Virus record (IMG/VR): IMGVR_UViG_3300006201_000003 | Location: 95-64,094 of that record | From: a virus | Taxonomy: Duplodnaviria > Heunggongvirae > Uroviricota > Caudoviricetes | DNA length: 64,000 nt | Direction: 5' to 3' (one strand) | Shown here: in pieces, positions 56,858 to 64,000 of the stretch | Layout of the letters: the number at the start of each line of letters is the position of its first letter | How positions within the stretch are numbered: position 1 is the first letter of the stretch | Notes under the pieces: generated by a model | Told to the model about the DNA's origin: nothing | What the model saw: the letters and a program-made list of their open reading frames with translations, nothing else | Database searches by the model: none | Position numbers and translations under genes: made by a program

Positions 56858-57280
56858 TTAGAACCATTTGCTGATTTTAGTGAAGTTTTTGCAATTTTTA
56901 ATTATTTTTCTTTTTACCTCTTTGTATCTTTTTTTTGAAATTTCTTTAGAATTTGGTGCGCCTACAAGAAACCAACTGTGTATAAGATACTGAATCACTC
57001 CGACTCCACGTATTATGTGACAACTCTCTACATAAATATTTCCATTCTCAAAATAAATGGGGTGTTCTATGATAGTGTCATCTATTGAGTGCATATAGAT
57101 TATAAAATATTTTCCAACTGGCTCGTTTTGTGCATTAACATTTTGTTTGTGTATTGTAAGATCAAATATTTTGTATCGAATATGAGATCCGTCGTTCTCT
57201 GCGCTAATCATTTTCCGTAGCCAGTTAATGTTGGATGTAAGCATTTTTTTATACAGCATCATCATTGTCATATTAACCAA
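56858..57280 (-). CDS. Basic hypothetical protein, AT-rich DNA; start uncertain
   Basis: ORF track; visibly AT-rich. Confidence 0.45.
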   Translation of the reverse strand: MVNMTMMMLYKKMLTSNINWLRKMISAENDGSHIRYKIFDLTIHKQNVNAQNEPVGKYFIIYMHSIDDTIIEHPIYFENGNIYVESCHIIRGVGVIQYLIHSWFLVGAPNSKEISKKRYKEVKRKIIKNCKNFTKISKWF

Positions 57281-57292
57281 ATCAATCTTTTA

Positions 57293-57478
57293 TCAGAATA
57301 GCCAATGCCAAATCGCATCCAATGTACGCTTCCATTTACCATCAACCCATTTGAATCCGTTCACATACACATTGCCGTTATATTGTGTAACACGGATATT
57401 ATTAGACGGTCTTGGTAAATCAACATACTTGCCATCAATAACAAGTTTTCCATCTATCATTCCAACGATTTGCTTCAT
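57293..57478 (-). CDS. Small hypothetical protein
   Basis: Strand-consistent 61-aa ORF. Confidence 0.55.
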   Translation of the reverse strand: MKQIVGMIDGKLVIDGKYVDLPRPSNNIRVTQYNGNVYVNGFKWVDGKWKRTLDAIWHWLF

Positions 57479-57493
57479 TTCTTTACCCCAAAA

Positions 57494-57742
57494 TTAACAT
57501 TCAATATGCCACGATCTTTTTTCTGCGAGTTGAGTATCTATGTCAAGAGACAAATTGTAGATCTCCATTATGGTTTGCATATTACTGGAGTATTGCTGGA
57601 TAGCTTTCTCAATATCTTCTTTTGATACATAAACGGGATAGTCTTCATGGTCAAATGTGTCGCACACAACAAGCATATAGTCGCTTTCCGCAGCTTTCTC
57701 ACGTTTAAGCCACGACTCGATCATCCATTTATTTGCGGCCAT
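57494..57742 (-). CDS. Small hypothetical protein
   Basis: RBS AGGAGGT; VVCDTFDHEDYPVYV motif. Confidence 0.65.
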   Translation of the reverse strand: MAANKWMIESWLKREKAAESDYMLVVCDTFDHEDYPVYVSKEDIEKAIQQYSSNMQTIMEIYNLSLDIDTQLAEKRSWHIEC

Positions 57743-57760
57743 ACAATACCTCCTATAAAA

Positions 57761-58282
57761 TTAGTCTTTTATTCGGGCGGTTGCCCTCAAGAAATCTTCT
57801 CGCAGGATTTCGTACATTTTATCGTCATGCACATTTCCAGCCATGTCCTTTGCACGGTGGTGTCTGATACCAATGATACGTCCACCCAGCTTTTCGCACA
57901 TCCTATCGTAGCTTCTCTCAATGGGATTGCCGCAGATCACACACCACTCAACTACTTCCATACCGAATTTCAGAAAACAGTCTTCAATGACCTGCCTCAG
58001 CGCCTTGCCAAAGGATATCTTGTCGTCGGAGAAATTTACTGCTCCAAACCACTGGGCGATCTGCAATTCATTGTCCACGGAGTAGCTGATATACCCCAAC
58101 AATTCATCGCTATTGCTCAATACAGCAAACGCCCGCTTTTGATAATCACCAGTGTTGTCGGCAAGGGAGAAATCGCTGCGATAGTTACCGCCGAAATAAT
58201 ATTGGTACTTTTCATCGTACCAGATTCCCCACATCTTGCGTTTTATCTGCTCCTCATAGAGCTTTGCGTTTACGAGTTTCAT
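57761..58282 (-). CDS. GNAT (RimJ/RimL-like) acetyltransferase
   Basis: LLGYISY..CFLKFGMEVVEW..GNP..KLGGRIIG..DDKMYEILREDF pattern. Confidence 0.7.
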   Translation of the reverse strand: MKLVNAKLYEEQIKRKMWGIWYDEKYQYYFGGNYRSDFSLADNTGDYQKRAFAVLSNSDELLGYISYSVDNELQIAQWFGAVNFSDDKISFGKALRQVIEDCFLKFGMEVVEWCVICGNPIERSYDRMCEKLGGRIIGIRHHRAKDMAGNVHDDKMYEILREDFLRATARIKD

Positions 58283-58289
58283 GTGACAA

Positions 58290-58535
58290 TCACCCCTTTT
58301 CTTTGATCGTCACACGAAGCTCAACTTTGCGGCCATCTTTTAAGTCCCACTCATAGCCGCCTGTTGTTGCCTTAGCGCACCCAGTACCACCAAGCAATTC
58401 CTGAACCATGTAATCTCTGACGGCGCACAAGGCTTCATCAGTACATTCAGTTTTGTTCTGCCACAGGTTGCCTTTCTTGTTTAGCGTTCCAGCGTATATG
58501 CCAAAACAACCTGTGCCAACATGATATTCAGCCAT
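58290..58535 (-). CDS. Small hypothetical protein
   Basis: IYAGTL..W.NKTECTDEALCAV motif. Confidence 0.6.
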   Translation of the reverse strand: MAEYHVGTGCFGIYAGTLNKKGNLWQNKTECTDEALCAVRDYMVQELLGGTGCAKATTGGYEWDLKDGRKVELRVTIKEKG

Positions 58536-58547
58536 TCAGTCACCCCA

Positions 58548-58778
58548 TCATTCTCCGTACATACAGATGTCACTCATATTGCGGCACTTGCAGCAATTTT
58601 CGTGGAGCCACTTATCAAAATCTTCCTGGGACATGGTTTTGTCGATATGGACGGCCTTCCAGTATTCATCGTAGTGCATTCCACACACCGAAGACATATC
58701 AGTTTTCGTGCATACAGTTTCCATAAAAACGTGCTCCTCTCCATCAATGTTCATTTGTGTTCGCCTTTTGATAGTCAT
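58548..58778 (-). CDS. Small Cys-rich hypothetical protein
   Basis: Strand-consistent; start uncertain. Confidence 0.5.
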   Translation of the reverse strand: MTIKRRTQMNIDGEEHVFMETVCTKTDMSSVCGMHYDEYWKAVHIDKTMSQEDFDKWLHENCCKCRNMSDICMYGE

Positions 58779-58779
58779 T

Positions 58780-58989
58780 CTAAATACCACCCTTTCGGCT
58801 GGATTTGCTAACCAGATTTGCAGAAATTTTATCGACAAACTCTTCACAGATGGTTTCAAATAAGCCTACCCACCGACTAAACCTTGTGCATCTGATTTTC
58901 CCGAAGTCTTTACAAGGAAGCGAGTTTATGCGATTTCTGTCTGCATATACACAGTCACAGCATTTTGCTATATTACCCATATTCATCAC
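58780..58989 (-). CDS. Small Cys-rich hypothetical protein
   Basis: CCDC..C..C..C; ATGA coupling. Confidence 0.5.
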   Translation of the reverse strand: MMNMGNIAKCCDCVYADRNRINSLPCKDFGKIRCTRFSRWVGLFETICEEFVDKISANLVSKSSRKGGI

Positions 58990-60419
58990 CTACCATCTGT
59001 TAGCTGCGGAAGCCAATTTTCTGGCGTAGGTACACGACTGTACTCTGGTACACACTCACGATAGAAAGCGGAGTTTTCAGCTACACCCATATCAATCAAC
59101 CAGAAGTCATTTCCGGTCTGCATAATATCCAGTGACCACTGGCCGTGTAGGTGTAGGTCAGGTAGGAGGTCTATGACCGCCGTTTTTACCCGTTCAATAT
59201 TCTCGTAGTAACGCCGCATCAGAGTTTCCTCATGGGCCTTGTAGATGATATAGTCGTGGATCTGATGAGGGGAGTTCGCATCTTCTTCGTGACCAAAGCG
59301 TTGTTTCATAGTCTGTGGTTCCCAGTAAGGAGTGCAGCCTATAACGGTTTTCTGGTCGCAATCAATAAAGATGCGGTATTCGGTACGAAGAGGCAAACCT
59401 TTGTAGATACATGGGTTATTCTCCGTATCCTCAATCCACTCTCTTACAACCCATTCATTTGTGGTAGAGGCTCCATAGATACATGGGGAAGATAGTGGGC
59501 TTGCCATCTGAAGAGCCTGATAGTGAATAAAGAGCAAATACTCTCCCAGCTCCTGAACCTCTTTTGCGCCTTTTACGTGAGCGTTGCGAAAATCGAACTT
59601 GGAAGAATAAGTTCCGGTTTTAATAAAATACTCCTTGGAGTCATCAAGTCGAAATGCTTCATGTGCCCATTTATCCAGAACAGATAGCGTTGTTTGCGTC
59701 AGCATCCCATATTCCTGCCTGGTTAGCTGTAGAAGCGTCATAGGTACTTTTGTGATAGCTGTTGCTGGGATCTTGAAGAATCCTTTGCCACGACAAGCCT
59801 CTACGAGCTGAGGGAACCAATGTCCCATTGAGTTTGGGTTCGTGCCAATGATCTCATAAGTCAGGCCATCAAGATCGAGGATGTCCAGCCCTTGTCGAAA
59901 CATATGATACGATGTCCGCCCCTTCGCTGTATTCGGATTGTCCAGATACTCCTTATACTGATACAGAAGCATTTGCCCGGACTCTTCTCCAATATCACGT
60001 TTCATCAAGGTTCCGGTAAGCTGAGGTTGTATTTCTGGTGGGAGATTGGTCACTTCTTGGAGAGTTACAGGTTCGGCTCCAGTCGGTAGAGCCTTACAGC
60101 TCTGGATGGTCGCCAAATTTCCGTCAAAAAAGTAAGTGGTGGTTTGAGAAAGTAACTCATCTACGATACGGCGTTCCAAGACTGTTGTATCAGCATGGGT
60201 TGATTTCGACGCCATATCAATTAAATGGTTTTGCTCTACGGCCTGCCGAGAATTTTGCTGGAAGAATCCGTCTGGCTCTTCGGTCAAGGTATATCTTTTA
60301 TACGATTCCTCAAATTTGGAAAGAGCCTCTGGGCTTATTTTAAGCATCTGCGCTATCGCATCTTTTTGAAGCGTTGGATTTGGCATCCCACATCTAAAAA
60401 GATTTTGCAAGCCATCCAT
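58986..60419 (-). CDS. ATP-grasp-fold protein (R2K/CDC123-like candidate)
   Basis: YFIKTG, WVVREWI, EYRIFID, WSLDIM..FWLIDM motifs. Confidence 0.65.
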   Translation of the reverse strand: MDGLQNLFRCGMPNPTLQKDAIAQMLKISPEALSKFEESYKRYTLTEEPDGFFQQNSRQAVEQNHLIDMASKSTHADTTVLERRIVDELLSQTTTYFFDGNLATIQSCKALPTGAEPVTLQEVTNLPPEIQPQLTGTLMKRDIGEESGQMLLYQYKEYLDNPNTAKGRTSYHMFRQGLDILDLDGLTYEIIGTNPNSMGHWFPQLVEACRGKGFFKIPATAITKVPMTLLQLTRQEYGMLTQTTLSVLDKWAHEAFRLDDSKEYFIKTGTYSSKFDFRNAHVKGAKEVQELGEYLLFIHYQALQMASPLSSPCIYGASTTNEWVVREWIEDTENNPCIYKGLPLRTEYRIFIDCDQKTVIGCTPYWEPQTMKQRFGHEEDANSPHQIHDYIIYKAHEETLMRRYYENIERVKTAVIDLLPDLHLHGQWSLDIMQTGNDFWLIDMGVAENSAFYRECVPEYSRVPTPENWLPQLTDGR

Positions 60420-61255
60420 TATAGCAACCTCTCTACATAATTCCTATCTTGCGTAAAGATTGGAATTTCGGTGTCGATTACCCATTTTCTACGGCGAACC
60501 ACAACAGTCTGACCAGGATTTCTTGGATCGGCCATAGGAGTTTCCATTTCCTGCTTGATACAGCACGAACCACGCTTATTTTCTGTCGGGAAGTTATTCC
60601 AGTTGATATTGTGTTTCGACCAGAGCATTTCTTGAATCTCATCACAATTCTTCTTGTGTAGCTCTTTCTGAGAGAAAAATACTTGACCAACAGCCTCAAT
60701 GCTGTTGCGAGTTGCGTCCTGCTGTCGCCAGATCAGGCAATTACAGACTTCCCCTTTAGGGATAGAGAAAACACGTGCGTCGAACAATGCCTGATGCCGT
60801 TTGCTGGCGTAAAGCGCATCGAGTTTTGAAAATCCGGGCAGATCAGAGTCGCCATTCATAAAGCTACGGTCAAACCATTGCCCATAAGCAATGATGAACT
60901 CACGGTCAAACGCCAATGTAGCCATGGAAGCAGCAATACTTGTCATCTTCTGAATGTTATATCCGAACCATGCGTCCGTCTTGATTGTGGCATAGTCGGT
61001 CAACACCAGTGTAATCTCGTCTGATTGTGTGTAGCCCAGGACACAGCCTTGAATGCTCTCGCAAAGAGATTTCATAGTCTGCTGCATAGCCTGTGTAAGA
61101 ACGGAATCAAAAGGTTTCTCCATACCACGTGTAAATGTGTGGAACGCTTTACCATCCAGACGGATGATGACCGGAACACGGCGGGTTAAGTAGTTGCGGG
61201 AGATATTTTCGTAACCCTTCATACGATCGCCAAGGCTATCTTTCTTATTTGCCAT
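60419..61255 (-). CDS. thg1: tRNA-His guanylyltransferase Thg1-like 3'-5' polymerase (TLP)
   Basis: LGDRMKGYE, IRLDGKAFHTFT, YTQSDEI, FDAR, WRQQDATRNSI. Confidence 0.92.
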   Translation of the reverse strand: MANKKDSLGDRMKGYENISRNYLTRRVPVIIRLDGKAFHTFTRGMEKPFDSVLTQAMQQTMKSLCESIQGCVLGYTQSDEITLVLTDYATIKTDAWFGYNIQKMTSIAASMATLAFDREFIIAYGQWFDRSFMNGDSDLPGFSKLDALYASKRHQALFDARVFSIPKGEVCNCLIWRQQDATRNSIEAVGQVFFSQKELHKKNCDEIQEMLWSKHNINWNNFPTENKRGSCCIKQEMETPMADPRNPGQTVVVRRRKWVIDTEIPIFTQDRNYVERLL

Positions 61256-62026
61256 CTAATTGTCCTCCTTCTCCCACGGGATTCTGATAGCGTACCGATA
61301 TGTGTAACAATACGATCTTGTTGCATACCGATTCTTCCAGAACTCAAAATAATTTTGCATACTTCTTATAGCAAGATCCGAAATCTCGTTTATAGCGTCT
61401 TCGTGCAGTTCTTCACAAGCAGACGAAATAATGTCGTTAGCGTTGAATTGCATTTCAACCAGTTCCGTTCCCCAAACATACATTGGGCGCTCAGGAATTT
61501 TGGAGCCATCACGCTTACATTCATCAATAAGCCCGTACCACGCTTCAAAAAACTCTTCCCAGTTAGCAAAGTATCCATCATCATACGGAAAATAATCGCT
61601 GTACGCACACACGAAGTCGCTTCCTAATGTGTTAGAATCACATTTTTGGGCTTTCTCGACTCTTTCCAGGTATTTCTTGTGCTCATTCTCATGTTCACGT
61701 GCTTGCTCCGCCTCACAGTCACATTTCAAATACTCTCTACGAAGTTGTTTTCCACAATCTGGGCAGTATTTGACCACACCGTTATAGCAGTTTGGACATG
61801 GAAAGATTGACTGATGTTTGTACGGGAAAAGTCCAGCCTGTTTATCTGGATCTCCTTCCAGGCCATACGGATTATCCCGAATAACCATCCCAGTTCCATG
61901 GCATATAGGGCAAATACCCTCGTTCTCTGCAAGATCTTTGAATAATTCTTTTCCAAGCAGTTCGACAAAGCCATCACTTACTTTTACGCTTCTACGAACA
62001 GGTTTCACAAATTCTGACATCGCCAC
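61256..62026 (-). CDS. Protein with DnaJ-type Zn-finger repeats
   Basis: CPICHGTG, CPNCYNG, CPDCG, CDC. Confidence 0.65.
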   Translation of the reverse strand: MAMSEFVKPVRRSVKVSDGFVELLGKELFKDLAENEGICPICHGTGMVIRDNPYGLEGDPDKQAGLFPYKHQSIFPCPNCYNGVVKYCPDCGKQLRREYLKCDCEAEQAREHENEHKKYLERVEKAQKCDSNTLGSDFVCAYSDYFPYDDGYFANWEEFFEAWYGLIDECKRDGSKIPERPMYVWGTELVEMQFNANDIISSACEELHEDAINEISDLAIRSMQNYFEFWKNRYATRSYCYTYRYAIRIPWEKEDN

Positions 62027-62032
62027 ACCTCC

Positions 62033-62536
62033 TCAAAACGGGAAATCGTCTGCTGGCTTACGCATCTTGCATCCGAGTACAGTAATAGACGGTAGACCGA
62101 TCTTCTTTGCAACCAAGTATGCGGAATAACCATCACGAAGCAAGCCATCGCTGTTCAATGCCACGTTGGTGTTAAATTTACCTGTGTGGTAATACTCAAG
62201 GAACCGCTTTGCAATCTTCTCATCTCTGGGTGTGGTACGGGACATATACATGGGGATTTTGATTTCATCAATCGGAATTTCTTGCGGAATAGCGACAATC
62301 TTCTTCAGAGGCAGCTTTGCGCCGGATGCAAGCATAACATCTCGTACATCGTCCATGCTGAGGATGGAACCAACCACAACGCCAGTTTCCAGGCCACGCA
62401 CTGTATCACAGGCAACACACATATTGGGTGTGATCTTGTCGGAAAGAAACTCTGGCACCTCAAACCAGTATGTCTTGCTATTAGGGCTATGTTTAACCAT
62501 TGCGACTTTCATAAATGGCACCTCCATAATATACAT
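62033..62536 (-). CDS. Protein with C-terminal ParB/Srx-like domain
   Basis: IPIDEIKIP..ALNSDGLLRDGYSAYLVAK. Confidence 0.6.
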   Translation of the reverse strand: MYIMEVPFMKVAMVKHSPNSKTYWFEVPEFLSDKITPNMCVACDTVRGLETGVVVGSILSMDDVRDVMLASGAKLPLKKIVAIPQEIPIDEIKIPMYMSRTTPRDEKIAKRFLEYYHTGKFNTNVALNSDGLLRDGYSAYLVAKKIGLPSITVLGCKMRKPADDFPF

Positions 62537-62559
62537 TGATTTTATTCGTCGCTAAATAT

Positions 62560-62587
62560 AGTATATCACGGATTTCCTGTTTGTCAA
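62560..62587 (-). promoter_or_regulatory. Near-consensus sigma-A promoter overlapped by a 14-bp inverted repeat
   Basis: TTGACA-16 nt-TATACT on minus strand; IR ATCACGGATTTCCT/AGGAAATCCGTGAT at 62565-62602. Confidence 0.75.
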
Positions 62588-62616
62588 GAGGAAATCCGTG
62601 ATTTTGTTCGTTGTTT

Positions 62617-63174
62617 TTAGATGTTCAGCTGAATATGAAGGAGAACCGCTAACGGGTTATCGCAATCTTTCAGTGTGGCCTTATAGTGATTTTTCCACCA
62701 AACGTACATAAGCTCAAAATTTTTAATCGGCAAATATTCTTCAAGGAGTATCTGTGGATCGTTTTGCGAAGCGTAGTCCAGGTGCATAAGTTTCAGTTCG
62801 GTTTCTGTGAAAGAGCGAATTGGTTTTTCATTGTCAACTGCACTAATATTTACAAAACGACGAATAGCGAAGTCTGGGAGTTGAGCCGCTGGACTCCATC
62901 TATCAGCTTCGTCTAATTGCTCAATACTCAGATCAGATCTTACCAAGCATACCACACCGTCAGCACGATACTTAACACCAACGAGAACTTTCCTTTCATG
63001 CTCTATGCCATCTTTTTCAACTGTTTCCATTACGGTCAGTCTTTTGAACGGTTCTTTAATTCCAACTGGCTTGGAGCTATCGAAATCGTCCATCCACGCT
63101 TGCGGAACAGCGATTGCTCTTAACTTTCCTTGACTCAATAATTCAAGGTCACGCAGATTCATAGTCAGGTTCAT
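62617..63174 (-). CDS. Hypothetical protein, possibly ASCH/PUA-like
   Basis: RBS GGAGG before ATG 63174; RWSPAAQLPDFAIRR resembles phage ASCH-like motif. Confidence 0.5.
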   Translation of the reverse strand: MNLTMNLRDLELLSQGKLRAIAVPQAWMDDFDSSKPVGIKEPFKRLTVMETVEKDGIEHERKVLVGVKYRADGVVCLVRSDLSIEQLDEADRWSPAAQLPDFAIRRFVNISAVDNEKPIRSFTETELKLMHLDYASQNDPQILLEEYLPIKNFELMYVWWKNHYKATLKDCDNPLAVLLHIQLNI

Positions 63175-63952
63175 TGACTTCCTCCAGTCTTCGTTGTGCG
63201 ACTTCAGACCAAGGCAACCCATAGTACGGACTTTTCTTTTTGTCGCAAATACCGTTGTCGATACCGATATATTGACGCCTTTCCAACTTTGCGGCGATGA
63301 GGGTAGATCCAGTTCCACAACAGTTGTCGAGAACTACCTCCCCCACATTAGTATAGGTACGAATTGCATACCGCAACAATTCAATAGGCTTTTCTGTTGC
63401 GTGTAGAGCAACGGACGGATGTGGTTTAGGGAACCTCCAAATTGATGCTGGATACTTTAAGTCTGTGTCTTCTGACTGTACGAGTGTGTAGTTGCCATAG
63501 CTGCGGTTGGAATGAATGTCCACAGCCTGTTTACCAACCGCCTGACCTTTGCTGTGATTCTTCTCTCCCTTAGTCATTTGTGGATTGTATGGAGGTGGTG
63601 ATTTATAAAACACCATAATGTCCTCATGCTCTCGAAGTGGCATTTTCTTAGCATTAAGAAAACCGCTTTTAAGTACCTTATCCCAAATAATATTGTATCG
63701 GTGTAACTTTGGATTAGAAAGCATCATCGTTGCGGTAAATTTGTCTTGTCCGAAGAGAAGAATTGCGCCGTTTGGTTTTATGATCCGTTCGTACTGCTCC
63801 CATAAAAGAGCTGGAGGGATTACCACATCCCACTTGTTCTGAGTCGCCCCATATGGGAGGTCACAGAGGATAAGATCAATGCTCTCGGTATCAATATCTC
63901 TCATCACTTCAAGGCAATCACCATTGATGACAGTGTTTGTGGTGATGCTCAT
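63149..63952 (-). CDS. DNA methyltransferase (N4-C/N6-A, beta class)
   Basis: IDLILCDLPYG, HATEKP, VLDNCCGTGSTL. Confidence 0.9.
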   Translation of the reverse strand: MSITTNTVINGDCLEVMRDIDTESIDLILCDLPYGATQNKWDVVIPPALLWEQYERIIKPNGAILLFGQDKFTATMMLSNPKLHRYNIIWDKVLKSGFLNAKKMPLREHEDIMVFYKSPPPYNPQMTKGEKNHSKGQAVGKQAVDIHSNRSYGNYTLVQSEDTDLKYPASIWRFPKPHPSVALHATEKPIELLRYAIRTYTNVGEVVLDNCCGTGSTLIAAKLERRQYIGIDNGICDKKKSPYYGLPWSEVAQRRLEEVNEPDYESA

Positions 63953-64000
63953 ATCATTCTCCTTTTATCCATTCAAAGGCGGTGCTGGCATTTGTCGCCC

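Noticed and set aside
62855-62864. ACGACGAATA partial match to the 15-bp motif
   Set aside because: Opposite strand, inside a coding region and only 10 bp; likely chance
1-64000. CRISPR array, group I/II intron, intein, IS element or second DGR VR
   Set aside because: No regularly spaced repeats, intron core motifs, oversized terL or other host genes, transposase motifs or further TR-like sequence were seen by eye

Overview
Part of the genome of a large temperate siphovirus-like phage. The host is most likely a Clostridia/Firmicutes bacterium, inferred from AGGAGG RBSs, Tn916-type Int/Xis and SLH-like lysin tails. No host chromosomal flank is visible. Layout: (i) 1-1020, end of a tRNA cluster (Asp, Trp, Thr, Tyr, Ser, Lys) interleaved with a ~340-nt highly structured non-coding segment and a D-armless tRNA-like element; (ii) 1044-48104 (+), packaging, head, tail, tape measure, baseplate/fibre and lysis genes, including a complete diversity-generating retroelement (target 33935-35947, VR 35816-35939, Arc-like regulator, avd, TR 36935-37058, RT) and a second tyrosine recombinase; (iii) 48160-48490, an apparently uninterrupted attP (11-7-11 core with arm repeats on both sides) beside a convergent integrase/excisionase; (iv) 48491-63952 (-), an accessory/early region with HNH-AP2, FolD, a poly-G-frameshifted Dam-type methylase, a plus-strand moron, a GNAT, an ATP-grasp plus Thg1-like pair, a ParB-like gene and a second DNA methylase, punctuated by five copies of a 15-bp intergenic motif. 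Best candidates for something undescribed: the ncRNA and tRNA-mimic segments in the tRNA cluster, the 15-bp intergenic motif, the Thg1/ATP-grasp pair, the poly-G switch in the methylase, and the regulator inside the DGR. All family assignments come from motif recognition by eye; no searches were run. Some start codons were moved from the ORF track to the RBS-supported codon.
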